DNA from: Trypanosoma brucei
Lineage: Eukaryota
Direction of reading: 5' to 3'
DNA length: 64,000 nt
Assembly: GCA_000002445.1 (NCBI GenBank)
Contig: CH464491.1
Span: 704,001-768,000 of the forward strand
Made by a program: the position numbers and the translations under genes. Positions 1 to 10,540 of the stretch are shown piece after piece (within the stretch, counting starts at the first letter, position 1; each line of letters starts with the position of its first letter). The notes under the pieces were generated by a model, which saw only the letters and a program-made list of their open reading frames with translations, did not search any database and was not told the origin of the DNA.

Positions 1-156
1 GGGGGGGGGGGGAAGAGAAGGGGAATGGAAAAAAACAAGCGTGAAAAAGTGACCGCACAAACATGCAGACATGAGTAAACAAACAAACAAACAAACAAAT
101 AAATAGATTTATATTCATATGCATATTCATTCCACTTGATGTACTTATGTAAGTGC

Positions 157-438
157 TCAGTCGCTGCCGGTGTTGTCGTCATATGTATACGGTGATGTTT
201 CCAAAAACTTTGGTACATTTGCCAGTGGCGTATCCATGCCAAGAGCCGATTTTGGATTTGCCTGAAACCATTGTCCCTTCATGGGTTCCTCAATTACAAC
301 ATAACGGAAGCAATCGCGACCTCCATAACTCCACATAAATAACTTATATGTTCCCACAATACCAACTATAGTGGAAATGGGCCAAATCATACAAACGGCA
401 TAAATCTCAAAGCGCCGCATCCAACGAGGCACGGCCAT
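157..438 (-). CDS. Small hypothetical protein of 93 aa with a single predicted transmembrane segment, followed by a soluble C-terminal tail
   Basis: ATG start confirmed (the + strand reads cat at 436..438). The composition is not low-complexity. It lies on the same strand as every other gene in the window. A purine-rich stretch on the + strand at 470..545, which is a polypyrimidine tract on the minus strand, sits immediately upstream of the ATG as expected for a trans-splice acceptor. No family was recognised. Confidence 0.35.
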   Translation of the reverse strand: MAVPRWMRRFEIYAVCMIWPISTIVGIVGTYKLFMWSYGGRDCFRYVVIEEPMKGQWFQANPKSALGMDTPLANVPKFLETSPYTYDDNTGSD

Positions 439-1547
439 TTATTACTAAACTAAACCACATTCCGATGGAAATGATGCGGGGTGTAGACGGAGAGGGGAAA
501 GGAGGTATGTGTGCGTGTGTGGAGGAGGAGGGACAAAAATAATTATTTTAAGGCGTTCAACAACAAATAAAAGTAGGAGAGCTCATTGATAATTATTCAT
601 GGAAAAATAAAATCATACAATATTAAACAATAAACAACACCTACAAGCGAAGCAACATGTTTAAAAACATAATGCACAGCAACGAGGTACAAAAGGCATT
701 TCTTTTTTTTTTTTGCGGTGACATGTTAGTTTCGTTTCCTCCTGAGAGAAAAAGAGACTGCAGGTGAAAAAAAAAAATTGAAAACATAAAAATGAAAAAG
801 AAAAAGGTTTGACACCACACCGATACAAAAAAAAAAGGAAGGGCGATTTGGTATGCTATAAAACCGATAGTGCAGGGCTGTTAATTGAAGCGAAGAGCCA
901 CTTGATACTTATTTTGTGAGAAGTTTTTTTTTTTTTACCTCTCTTGGACTTTAATTGCCCGTGTATGTATGATATGTCATCGGATCCGGAAGAAGAGAGA
1001 AAAAAAATCAAGGAAATAACCTGGTACACTCCTCACTTATGAGAATGTTCCTCCTTTTTTTCTTCTTTTCTAACCCCGATGTTGTCACTTTATTACTATT
1101 ATCATTATTATTATTATTGTAACGGTTGACTAACCTTCAGTCCGCAAAACTCTCCCCTTTCACGCTCATAAAGATATCTGTCGGTTTACAACATTCGATA
1201 GTAAATTTGAAACGTTTTCGCATTCTTAGCGTTATGCGAAAGTAATAAACACCATACCATATATATATATATATATAATTTTACACCATCACGCACATCA
1301 TAAACTTACTTCTCCCTCCTCCCCTTCACACACCAATAGGCGTGGCTGTTGGTGCACATTTTCTTTACGATTATATGTCTTTCATTCCATCAGCACCACA
1401 CCTTTTTTTTTTCGTGTTGACGTCCACACAGGCCCCTGCTGCACACCACATGACTCATCTTCATTCTTACGTATGTAATCAATTTGCATGTAAATGCATG
1501 TGCGTGGTTACAAAAAAACACACTCTCACACTCCTATTTGTGGTGCA

Positions 1548-3245
1548 TTATGCTGTCCCAAAGAGTGAGGCTGCAAAGGTTTGTAGGAGTAATGTTACAC
1601 CGAAACCTGTGGCGTCACCGCGGGTAGCAGGTGCTGCGAGGTCGACGTGTGCCCAATCCCCCTTGTATTTGCTGTCTATGTGACTCCCAACAAAGTAACC
1701 GGCGCAGCTAACTTGTGCATTCGAGCGATTCAGCACGGAGTTACGGCTGTCTGCTACACTGCTTCTGAACTCGGGGCACTGGAATTCTGGACAGAAAACA
1801 ACAGGGAAACAGAGGTCACCGCAGCGGCGTCCCGCCTGAAGGACGCGGTTTTCAATTTCCTCACTACTGGCATATAATGCGGCATGATAGCGGCCAGTGG
1901 CAATACCCTGAGCTCCCGTAAGCGTCGCCATGTCCACAATAACATCAGGTGTATAAGGCAGAAGAGCCGAGGCGTGGTAAACTCCATCGCCAAGTACCAG
2001 TCGACCTTCAGCATCTGTGTTATTGATCTCCACAGTTTTCCCTGATCTCATCCGCACAATATCGTCATTGCGCTGAGAGCGGGGTCCAACAGCATTGTCA
2101 GCAAGGCACAGAATGGACGAAATACGGTGAGGGACGCCGATCATTGCAAGTCCAATAAACCCACAAAAGACAGCAGCCGCACCGCCCATATCGTGCTTCA
2201 TCCCACACATGCCCGTCGTGGGTTTAATGGAGAGACCGCCAGTGTCGTATACAATACCCTTTCCAACAAAGGCCAATTTTTCTTGGGGATTTATGCCGCT
2301 GCCCCCGGCCGCATTGGGCTCGTAGGACAACGTTACCAAGTGCGGTGGATATTCCGCTGCCTTTCCAACACCATAAATTCCACCATATCCTTTTTCCCGC
2401 AGATCCTCTCCACTGATGATGTCAATGGAAACGTTGCGCTTCAACTTATTTTTCAGTTTAGCGATGTGTCCAGCAGCGATCTCCGTGAAAGTCGTTGTGT
2501 CCAGTAGGTTGCAAGGAGAATCAACCAAGCGTTGACAAAGCTGAATGGAGAGAGCTGCCGCATCGAGGTATTCCCGCTTTCCACATGCAAAAGTGTCACT
2601 TGCCTCGCTGAGGCTCTGCTTTCGCGTGTCTGGGGCAAACACGACTCGGACAGGAATGCCACGATTCCAGTACGACTTCTCAGCGTAACCATTCTTTGCA
2701 GAAAAACTTTGATTGGCGCCACGCGCAACGGCAGCCGCCACGCAAAGCACGTTTTCGGCTTCGCAACAGTAAATATCGAGCGCACCTGAGGCTGCTGTGA
2801 CACCCTTTACTTTCTTGGCATATGCCACGGCTTCCTCCACAATGTTGGTGATGGAGTCGGGCCGAAGAGGACAGTTATGGCGGGAGAAGGCTCCTGCTAT
2901 GACTCCAAGTGTAATACGTAACTCGTGGTTAGTGCCACACCGGTAGCCATCACTCCTGAAGCTTGCCTCGTCGATTTCGTCGATTAGTTGATCTAGCTCA
3001 GGTTTGTGGTACGGGAATAACTGGCTGAGTCCTTTACTTTTCAGCTGCTGGCGAGTTCCAAGAAGAAGAATAGTGTGGGGTTGAGGTGCGCTGTTGGAGG
3101 TGAGAACTTTGGCCATATGCTTTCCTTCAGTTGTGGTGTGAAACGTTACATTTGGCACAAAGTTAACGCAACTGTCAACAAAGCTCGACAAGTTGCTTTC
3201 CTCATAAACCGAGTTGCTGCGTTGCCGCTTGAGGGTTGCAGGCAT
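1548..3245 (-). CDS. Leucyl aminopeptidase, peptidase family M17
   Basis: Contains the M17 signature NTDAEGRL and the VGKGIVYDTGGLSIKP metal- and substrate-binding region. At 565 aa it is typical for a cytosolic leucyl aminopeptidase. ATG start confirmed. Confidence 0.9.
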   Translation of the reverse strand: MPATLKRQRSNSVYEESNLSSFVDSCVNFVPNVTFHTTTEGKHMAKVLTSNSAPQPHTILLLGTRQQLKSKGLSQLFPYHKPELDQLIDEIDEASFRSDGYRCGTNHELRITLGVIAGAFSRHNCPLRPDSITNIVEEAVAYAKKVKGVTAASGALDIYCCEAENVLCVAAAVARGANQSFSAKNGYAEKSYWNRGIPVRVVFAPDTRKQSLSEASDTFACGKREYLDAAALSIQLCQRLVDSPCNLLDTTTFTEIAAGHIAKLKNKLKRNVSIDIISGEDLREKGYGGIYGVGKAAEYPPHLVTLSYEPNAAGGSGINPQEKLAFVGKGIVYDTGGLSIKPTTGMCGMKHDMGGAAAVFCGFIGLAMIGVPHRISSILCLADNAVGPRSQRNDDIVRMRSGKTVEINNTDAEGRLVLGDGVYHASALLPYTPDVIVDMATLTGAQGIATGRYHAALYASSEEIENRVLQAGRRCGDLCFPVVFCPEFQCPEFRSSVADSRNSVLNRSNAQVSCAGYFVGSHIDSKYKGDWAHVDLAAPATRGDATGFGVTLLLQTFAASLFGTA

Positions 3246-3524
3246 AATCAGCTGATATTTACCAGTTTTCTTCGTGTGTCTGTGTGTGTGTCTGTTCGTA
3301 TTTGTGTCTCAGTGTAATTCACTGCCTTCACTCCTTCCTCTTTTTTGTCGTACAAGTGTACCTACTCTTCGCGATGCACCCGACAAAGCAAAGTAAACGC
3401 CTTTTCTATATTGTTTCTTTAAGTCTTTCTTGTTTGATTTCTTTGGGGTGATCCTCGTTATTTGGTAGGCGTTATTATTTTAGATTATTTCTCTTTAGCG
3501 GCACAACGCGAAGTTCTAAAGAAG

Positions 3525-3600
3525 TAAATTATAAAAAAACCAACAAAATAAATTAAAAAGAGAAGGAAAATGAGCAAAGGGTAAATGAAACAATGAATGG
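3525..3600 (-). promoter_or_regulatory. Polypyrimidine tract upstream of the leucyl aminopeptidase gene
   Basis: The + strand is purine-rich (aaaaaaaccaacaaaataaattaaaaagagaaggaaaatgagcaaaggg), which is pyrimidine-rich on the coding strand, about 280 nt 5' of the ATG. Confidence 0.4.
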
Positions 3601-4472
3601 TAGTTATAATAAAATAGCAGCAACATCAATAATAGAGGTATTCGTTGTAAACACCATCAACAAAAAGATGAATAACAAGCACATTGAAAAAACAGGATGA
3701 AGATGTAGCCTGTGTGTCCCTTTTTTTTTCTCTTTCAAATGAGACAAAGCATCTCACTACGGCAAACGCAATGACAAAGGAAGAGAAAAGGAGAGCGAAG
3801 GGGAGTTCAACGACAAGATAAACAAAAAAATTATTTGTTACTTTTCGTCTCTTCGTCTGCTTGTCCTTCTTTAAATACAGCACTTCAAAACCACTCCCTG
3901 ACAGATAGGAAGAAAGCAAAAGAAGATAAATTTATGACGACAATTTACGCCACTACACCAGCACAAAGCACATAAAGCACACAAACAAACAAACGAGTTG
4001 ACGCTGCTATCAAATTCCCCCAACGAGACAAAGAAAACATTCACTAGTATCAGCACGCAAACGTGTTAACCCATATATAAATATACAATAACACATATTA
4101 ATGTAAATATAAATGCATATATGTGTATATATACTTTTACATGGGTTTTTTTTCTCTTTCCCATAATTTGTGGTTTGTACCAGAGTCGTTGAAAGGATAT
4201 ATCAAACAAGTAAAAGGAGAGAAAAAAAACAAGTACAAATCATGTAAAGCATCCTTTCACAGCAGGTCAGTAAAATCTTGCGCGTTAGAGAACATAGCAA
4301 ACCACATACCATCATACACGAGAAGCACACCTCACGCGAATTTTGAGGTCCCGATGTATTAGCACCAGAAGCAACGACCATAACAATTATAACAATCATT
4401 ATCGAAGGAGAAAATCAAATAAAAGGGAAGGAACTACTGAAAAATACACAATTGGCGGTGCCGACAAGCAAT

Positions 4473-4514
<42 letters not shown>
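4473..4514. repeat. Compound (AC)n(AT)n microsatellite in an intergenic region
   Basis: The run acacacacacacacatatatatatatatatatatatatat is directly visible in the sequence. Confidence 0.9.
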
Positions 4515-4517
<3 letters not shown>

Positions 4518-5087
4518 GATTTATGAAAACGTTGCGAGCTCGTTTACTGCTGTTGTTAATATGGCTATAACCATTATTTCATCTTCTTTCTTTTCCTTCC
4601 TTCTTCTCGGTTTACGTACTTCATTCGTCAGCATCATTTTCCCCTCTGCACCCATCACTTTCGGGAGAGGTAAGGGAGAAGCGTGAAACGGTAAGTGGAA
4701 ACAACAGCATAACCTCGTCAGCAAAGTCCGCCGGCCGGCAACATTAAAAAATGAAAAAAAAAGGAGAATGAGCAACCGAAGAAGAGACCTAGTAGAAAAA
4801 TTAAGAAAAAGTGCAGGTACGAGTGTATAGAAAACACATGTGCGTTTCGTCTGCTCCGCAGTGCTATCCACCATCAGCAAATAGTTGCAATTCAAACAAA
4901 AAACAAAAGGAAACAAAAGTAGCGACCGCTTGCAGAGGGGTGCAATGGAGGAAGAGAAAGGGAAAAGAGAGAACAATGGAAGAAGGTGCAGTAAAATTCT
5001 TTTCTTTCCGGGAACTTCATATCCCACAACTTCACAGTCACACATATTCCCAACGCGGACTTTGCACGAATGAGCCCCACACATAAG

Positions 5088-5108
5088 TATATATATATAT
5101 ATATATAT
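5088..5108. repeat. (TA)n microsatellite
   Basis: The run tatatatatatatatatatat is directly visible in the sequence. Confidence 0.9.
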
Positions 5109-5700
5109 TTACACACATAATTTTAATCAATTCAGTGCGACTCCCTTTCGTCAAATTCCATTAACGTGCGTTCTCTTCCTCCCCCCCCTCTCCCTCCTAC
5201 CGTTGCTGCAAAACGGTTTATGGTAGAAGCTTTACACGTAAAAGAACACAACCTAAGTGCTCTTGTACGCGCATGCTTCATCCAGCAACAAGTTAGAGAG
5301 GCTCCCTCCGTGGTTTGCACACAAATAGGACCTTAGAGAGAAAAGAAAAGAGAAACAAAGTGTCTACTGCAAACAAAGCACGAGCAATGCGGCAAGGGAG
5401 TAGGAATCAAGGCGGACACTTCCATCTGTGTGGTGAACACTTCGAAAAATGGAGGATAAAAACACAGGAAGCTCAACGTGCAACTAAACCACATTATGCG
5501 AGGTGGGGAGAGACGCCGCGTTTACAACGAGTAACATCCTACTAACATTTATGACTACAAAGCGGATGTGAACCAGCTTCCCACTTACTGTTCCCCTCTC
5601 CCTCAACTTCATTCATATACAAACACGTGTATGCCCTTATTTATTTATATATGTACGTACAAGCAAGCTCGCATGTTGAATTGCATCATCACTATACAAA

Positions 5701-8700
5701 CTACGTCTGTGCAAGCACGTCAACAAGGCGGTCCAAGGCACAGCACTCACCCGAATGGTCCCCGCAGCTTCGAGCCTCTTTCATTGCCTGCAGTGCCGTC
5801 TTCAACTCATTCAAAGCGTTATCAGTCAACAACGAATCTGAGCACACACGTCGGAGGGCTGCCTCAACGTCAATCGGCTCCGTATGGTTTCGCACGAAGG
5901 GAATAACAACATCATTCAGTTCGTCCTCCTCGTCGCTATTACCACTACCATTTTTCACACCTGCTCTCGAGCCACCTTGACGACTTCTTTCGATCTCCAT
6001 AGTGCCACCGGCTCTGCCTTTCATGGATAGCCTCGGTGTGGTGCCGCGTGGTGTCATGAGTGCTGTGGCTTCACGCTGCTTTATTTTCTCTAAGGAGTTG
6101 ACATTCTCGTCCACATGTCTCCAGTAAGTCAAATCACCGTGCACTTCTTCGGCCTTCTCTCCATCCTCCAGCGCCCGCCGCAAGCAGAGGATACTCTCCT
6201 GGCACGTTACACCGGGGCTTTCATACAATATGTTCCGTATGACATGACGAAGTCCATCGTAGAACTCGTCACTGTTCTCCATGTCGTGAAATGTAACAAA
6301 GAGAGAGCGTTGCACCATGCGCAGCAGTGCACGGCTCCCGGGTGAGCTTATCACCCACATGGTGTTTTCCCAGAACTGACTGCTGCCTACGACATATACA
6401 CTGTTGGTCGCGACCACAGACGGTTCAGTGCCCTTTGTATTGTTACTGCTACCATTGACATTACTGCCTACGCGGTTTCCACCCTTGCCGTCGTCTTGTG
6501 AATTCGGGTTCCACACCAGATCTTCCAACTTGACGCAGCGGGCCGTGGCGGGCCCGAGGTAAACTTTCTTGGCACAGTGCGCCACACGACTCACAATGCG
6601 CGAGAAAAAGTTGTGCGGCACCATGTTCAATGTAAAGCGGTAAAAAGGACCATGTAAAAACGATGGCACGTGCATGCAGAACGAAGAGGGAGTGGGATTC
6701 ATGAAGCACGAGGGTATGAGCACAAAATGCTCTGACTCGGGACCACCTGAGGGACCCGCAGATTTTTTCCGTCCAAGCCCGGATCCAACTTCCCTCATGT
6801 CTTTCCCAGCATTCGTCGGCGACGACTGTACGCTTGTGTTTTCATCGTTGAAAAAAGAGTACTGAAGTCGACTACCCATAATGATAAAGTCATAACTGCG
6901 CAACAACTCCAGCAACCCACCTAGTTGTGCGAAACCATATCCCTTTTCCTTTAGTACTCCATCGAATAGAGCTAACGCTGTCCTCATTGTCAAAACACCC
7001 TGAAGCAAGGCTCCACATACATCTTCAATTAGAACAGCATCCACATCGAATGGAAGGGATTTTCTCATGCTTTGCATAACCTCTCGGCACAGGACGAGTG
7101 GCACGGAGCGGAGAGACGAGTCATTTCCAGGGAGTTTGGGTGTCACAGTAGAGCAGCATGACAAGGTAGCCACGACGCGAAAAACCCACGGTGTGTCCAC
7201 AATTACATACTTCCTCATGGCACGGTGCCTGTAGTGGTGATGCAACACACCCCAACTCATTAAAAGTTGAATATGTCGATGGAGGTCGTCCAAATTGTCA
7301 CTGTAGCGGTTATCCAATGCATTGGCAACTGATTTAAACTCTCCAAAGGCTACACACCACTTCCCTTCACGGTTTATTTCTTTCGTTCGCTTCCCAAGGG
7401 ATAGCAGCAACTTTGGAACCTGAGCATTTGGAAAGTCAGCATCATTGCGGCAGCGCCGAATAGCTTGATCCCCAAACCAGGAAAGCAAATCAGGGAATTT
7501 CCTCAACCGCTCAAACATTGGTGCAAAAACAGTGCGGTTAACATTATCCACAGCGAAGCACCCAGCGATGGAGGGCCGCATGTCTCCAACAACTTGCAGC
7601 GTACGAAAGTAATTGTTCACTTGCATCTCAAGTTCGGAGAAATGTTGAGCTAACTTACTGCTCTTAAGCGGGGAGCGGTCGAGGTAAGTTCCAACCAACA
7701 CCACAGAAGTGTCTCGGGTGGTGGTGTGTGAAAGAATAAACTCCAAAAAGGGCAGAAGGCCTTCGAACGGGACGCTCTGAAGAAGTGAAAAGCATAACAC
7801 ATAAGTTGCACGGCGCGTTGGCAGAAGCCCCTGGAGAAGAGAAAAGCAACCAGTCCCCCCTAATTCCATCACATTCATCTCCACAGACGGATACTCCCCT
7901 GTGCTTGAAATCGTTGTTGACTCTACTCCAAAGGAGGGTCGCAAGTTCTTTTGATCACTAGTGAAGATCGAGTACCATTTGTCCTGTTTGTGCAAGTTTT
8001 CGCGGAAAGAAGTTTTCCCGCAGCTGCCGCAACCGAGCACAAGGAAGGTGTGACGATAAATAACATTGTATTCGTCGTCTCTGAGTTTTAACCTCCTTGC
8101 CGTCTTCACTGCACGAATTCGCTCCATACCTTCGCCAGCACCAATACGACTTCTCCCTACTCCCTTTGCAGTCCTTGGTAAACGAACTGACGTGGGTCGG
8201 ACGTCGGCCGCCACTGGGTCTTTGTGAGTTGGCGGGCGATAGGTGTTTGTTTGGGCCTGGTGTTGCAGAACATCTTTCAGCTGCAATGCTGGAACAAAAG
8301 GGGAAACACCACTACCCGCAGTAATGGGGGGAACAACAGGTACTGCACTACCACCATTACCAGTATTAGCGGCACTAGACGCGATGCCTCCTCTCGGACT
8401 GTTAGTGGCGGCAACGGTAGTGATACCAACACCCACACTTTGTGTTGGTGCAGGGATTCTCAAGCTAGGTACGGAGCTTTCGGAGATGCTTTTAAAACGA
8501 GGTGAGAGTATTGTACCCTCCGCCGAGCGCATAGGACGACGCCGCGCAGTCATCGACGGCGCTGTGGGGTCTGTGAACTTGAACTGCAGAAATTCATCTC
8601 CAATGCACACCACGGTACCACTCATTAACGGGACGTCCCTCGATATTGGTTCCTGTTCGTCATTAATGTACGTGAGGTTGCCCTCCAGAGGTCGAAGTAA

Positions 8701-10419
8701 CACACAACCATTTCCCTGGCGAACGAAGCAACAGTGCCGTGGAGCGACTCCGCTGGTTCCCTCTCCACTCACTGTGATGCTCCGCCACTCGCTCCCTGGT
8801 GTTGGCTCTTCTGTTCCAAGGTATGTGGTTCCAGCCACAAGGTGCTCAACCACCCAATCCCCTACACCTTCCATATTTAGAATAAAGGGCTCATTACGGT
8901 CTAACTTAATTGTTGGGTGCGTTGGCCTTGGTGCCTCTTGCTGTTTCCCTTCCGCTTTGGTGAGTTGCTTTATAAGTTCTTCCGCCTGCTCCAATTTTGA
9001 TAACAAAACAGCAGCGTCATGTGGCCTTCGTGGTGTCATGGAGGGGATGCTACTCTCTAGATCCTCCATGTTACTGGCGGGGCCGTGGCCGCCCCCAGTG
9101 GAATTGGGTAACCCACCAGGATTTGCTAAATCTGGCATTACTCCTCCCCGAAGAGCAAGTTCCTCGTAGTGCTTCATCTTCTCTCGCAGTTGCTGTACCT
9201 CTTCTTCCAACTCACGTATTCTCTTATCCCCTGCTGCGGCGTTTACAACTGCACGGGTGACGATAGACTTAGCACGATCCGCATAGCGCAGCGTGCTCAT
9301 CGTTTCGTCGTAGTTTGCCGCTGCCGGGCTGAGCGTAGACAACATGAACGTTTTACTGTTCCCGCCGAGAGACTCCTTAAGGATAAATGTTAAGGTGGAG
9401 TCACGATACGGGACGTGTCTTCGTCCACCAGCATCCGGCTTGCTTTTTCCGATGTCTGCTAAGGCACTAATCACCTGACCTAAAACCGTCAGAGATTTGT
9501 TTATATTTGCTCCCTCACGCAATGTGCCACCTTCTGCACCCGTAGACTTTGCCCTCTCACTTCCTGCAAGGTCCACCAGGTTAACTTTTGCACGGAGCTC
9601 TGTGCATGACACCGTACCATCTTTTACCTTCCCCATACGCTTCTGGATTACTGTGATTGAGAATATGGCGTGAGATCTACTTGAACGGTCATTCATATTT
9701 GTTGCTGCAATGTGACGACTTTGATTTCCTCCGTGCATCACTTGCATCATACTCTCCTCAGAATCCACTTGCACCTCCGAAATACCTTCAACATATACAC
9801 CCAACACCTTGTGCTCGCGGACTTTGAGGTTCTCACACTTTGGATTAAGAAGGCAGTTGACACGCTCCTGGTATATTTCCATGTAGCTCACGAGAACTGT
9901 AATGTTCAACTGCGGTGGAAGTGCATTTTCCTCAACGCCTGATGAGCGCGCCGCCTCTCGTTCCCGCTCGTTCTCCGCCACTTCCTTCGCAACCATCTCA
10001 AAAAGACCCCTGGAAAGTCGGGGAATAATACCGGGGTCAACCACTACATCACGGCCACCCGAAGGACCCATCATGGAGTAGCTCTTCCCGCTTCCAGACT
10101 GGCCATATGCGAAAACACATGCATTGAAACCTTTAATGGTTGCCTGGAGAACGGGGATACCAAGATACTCGTACACAGTTGTTTGGCTGTCGTTGCTGTC
10201 AAAAGCTCGGTCGAAGCTGAAGCACTTTCCCCCCGCCGCATCACACCCTGCGTCAGCCGCCGCACCGTTGGGGACACTTGACTTGTAAATACTAACCGTT
10301 TTTCCATTTTGGAACTGTAGGCAAATGGGTGAGTTGAGACGCTTCTCCCGCTCGTTGAGAGGTCGGGCACGCACGCAAACGGTCACATGCCCCTCCTCCG
10401 CATCGCGTGGCTTCGACAT
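5701..10419 (-). CDS. Kinesin heavy chain, kinesin-3-like: an N-terminal motor, then an FHA-like domain, then a Roc-COR (ROCO-type) GTPase module and a long C-terminal tail
   Basis: The motor carries the P-loop GQSGSGKSYSMMG, the switch motifs SSRSHAIF and LVDLAGSER, and a neck coiled coil. An FHA-like segment maps to about 8560..8907 (NMEGVGDWVVEHLVAGTTYLGTEEP...CFVRQGNGCVLLRPLEGNLTYINDEQ). The Roc-like GTPase maps to about 7495..8058, with G1 LVLGCGSCGKTS, a switch II-like MELGGTG, G4 VVLVGTYLD (compare LRRK2 VILVGTHLD) and FAVDNVN. A COR-like region follows, containing LLMSWGVLHHHY and YVIVDTPWVFRVV. The track ORF begins 50 codons upstream at 10569, but that extension runs through the minus-strand polypyrimidine tract, so I place the start at the first Met of MSKPRDAEEGHVTVCVRARPL. 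Confidence 0.85.
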   Translation of the reverse strand: MSKPRDAEEGHVTVCVRARPLNEREKRLNSPICLQFQNGKTVSIYKSSVPNGAAADAGCDAAGGKCFSFDRAFDSNDSQTTVYEYLGIPVLQATIKGFNACVFAYGQSGSGKSYSMMGPSGGRDVVVDPGIIPRLSRGLFEMVAKEVAENEREREAARSSGVEENALPPQLNITVLVSYMEIYQERVNCLLNPKCENLKVREHKVLGVYVEGISEVQVDSEESMMQVMHGGNQSRHIAATNMNDRSSRSHAIFSITVIQKRMGKVKDGTVSCTELRAKVNLVDLAGSERAKSTGAEGGTLREGANINKSLTVLGQVISALADIGKSKPDAGGRRHVPYRDSTLTFILKESLGGNSKTFMLSTLSPAAANYDETMSTLRYADRAKSIVTRAVVNAAAGDKRIRELEEEVQQLREKMKHYEELALRGGVMPDLANPGGLPNSTGGGHGPASNMEDLESSIPSMTPRRPHDAAVLLSKLEQAEELIKQLTKAEGKQQEAPRPTHPTIKLDRNEPFILNMEGVGDWVVEHLVAGTTYLGTEEPTPGSEWRSITVSGEGTSGVAPRHCCFVRQGNGCVLLRPLEGNLTYINDEQEPISRDVPLMSGTVVCIGDEFLQFKFTDPTAPSMTARRRPMRSAEGTILSPRFKSISESSVPSLRIPAPTQSVGVGITTVAATNSPRGGIASSAANTGNGGSAVPVVPPITAGSGVSPFVPALQLKDVLQHQAQTNTYRPPTHKDPVAADVRPTSVRLPRTAKGVGRSRIGAGEGMERIRAVKTARRLKLRDDEYNVIYRHTFLVLGCGSCGKTSFRENLHKQDKWYSIFTSDQKNLRPSFGVESTTISSTGEYPSVEMNVMELGGTGCFSLLQGLLPTRRATYVLCFSLLQSVPFEGLLPFLEFILSHTTTRDTSVVLVGTYLDRSPLKSSKLAQHFSELEMQVNNYFRTLQVVGDMRPSIAGCFAVDNVNRTVFAPMFERLRKFPDLLSWFGDQAIRRCRNDADFPNAQVPKLLLSLGKRTKEINREGKWCVAFGEFKSVANALDNRYSDNLDDLHRHIQLLMSWGVLHHHYRHRAMRKYVIVDTPWVFRVVATLSCCSTVTPKLPGNDSSLRSVPLVLCREVMQSMRKSLPFDVDAVLIEDVCGALLQGVLTMRTALALFDGVLKEKGYGFAQLGGLLELLRSYDFIIMGSRLQYSFFNDENTSVQSSPTNAGKDMREVGSGLGRKKSAGPSGGPESEHFVLIPSCFMNPTPSSFCMHVPSFLHGPFYRFTLNMVPHNFFSRIVSRVAHCAKKVYLGPATARCVKLEDLVWNPNSQDDGKGGNRVGSNVNGSSNNTKGTEPSVVATNSVYVVGSSQFWENTMWVISSPGSRALLRMVQRSLFVTFHDMENSDEFYDGLRHVIRNILYESPGVTCQESILCLRRALEDGEKAEEVHGDLTYWRHVDENVNSLEKIKQREATALMTPRGTTPRLSMKGRAGGTMEIERSRQGGSRAGVKNGSGNSDEEDELNDVVIPFVRNHTEPIDVEAALRRVCSDSLLTDNALNELKTALQAMKEARSCGDHSGECCALDRLVDVLAQT

Positions 10420-10430
10420 CCCAATACGAA

Positions 10431-10540
10431 TATATGCGTCGCAACGAATCAAAACGAAGGAGGGTGTGGTAAGGAAAGAAGGACGAGGGGTTTCTTCAAT
10501 AAAGATAGAACAACCCCCAAAATCTATATCTGCACCCTTT
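10431..10540 (-). promoter_or_regulatory. Polypyrimidine tract and probable splice-leader acceptor region upstream of the kinesin ATG
   Basis: On the minus strand this reads ccctcgtccttctttccttaccacaccctccttcgttttgattcg, immediately 5' of the ATG at 10419. This is the usual trypanosomatid arrangement for trans-splicing. Confidence 0.5.

Noticed and set aside
1-12. A poly-G run of 12 nt at the very start of the window
   Set aside because: It sits at the sequence edge and looks like a contig-end, linker or homopolymer artefact, with no biological context visible.
4521-5084. A 187-aa minus-strand ORF in the spacer between the aminopeptidase and the kinesin
   Set aside because: It translates through polypyrimidine and low-complexity sequence, giving an Leu/Phe/Ser-rich product, and sits between (AC)n and (TA)n microsatellites. 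It looks like UTR or spacer sequence and not a gene.
8243-9169. A 308-aa plus-strand ORF antisense to the kinesin gene
   Set aside because: It lies entirely inside a well-supported minus-strand CDS. The product is Gly/Ala/Pro/Ser/Arg-rich, typical of antisense translation of GC-biased coding DNA. It has no upstream polypyrimidine tract and no recognisable domain.
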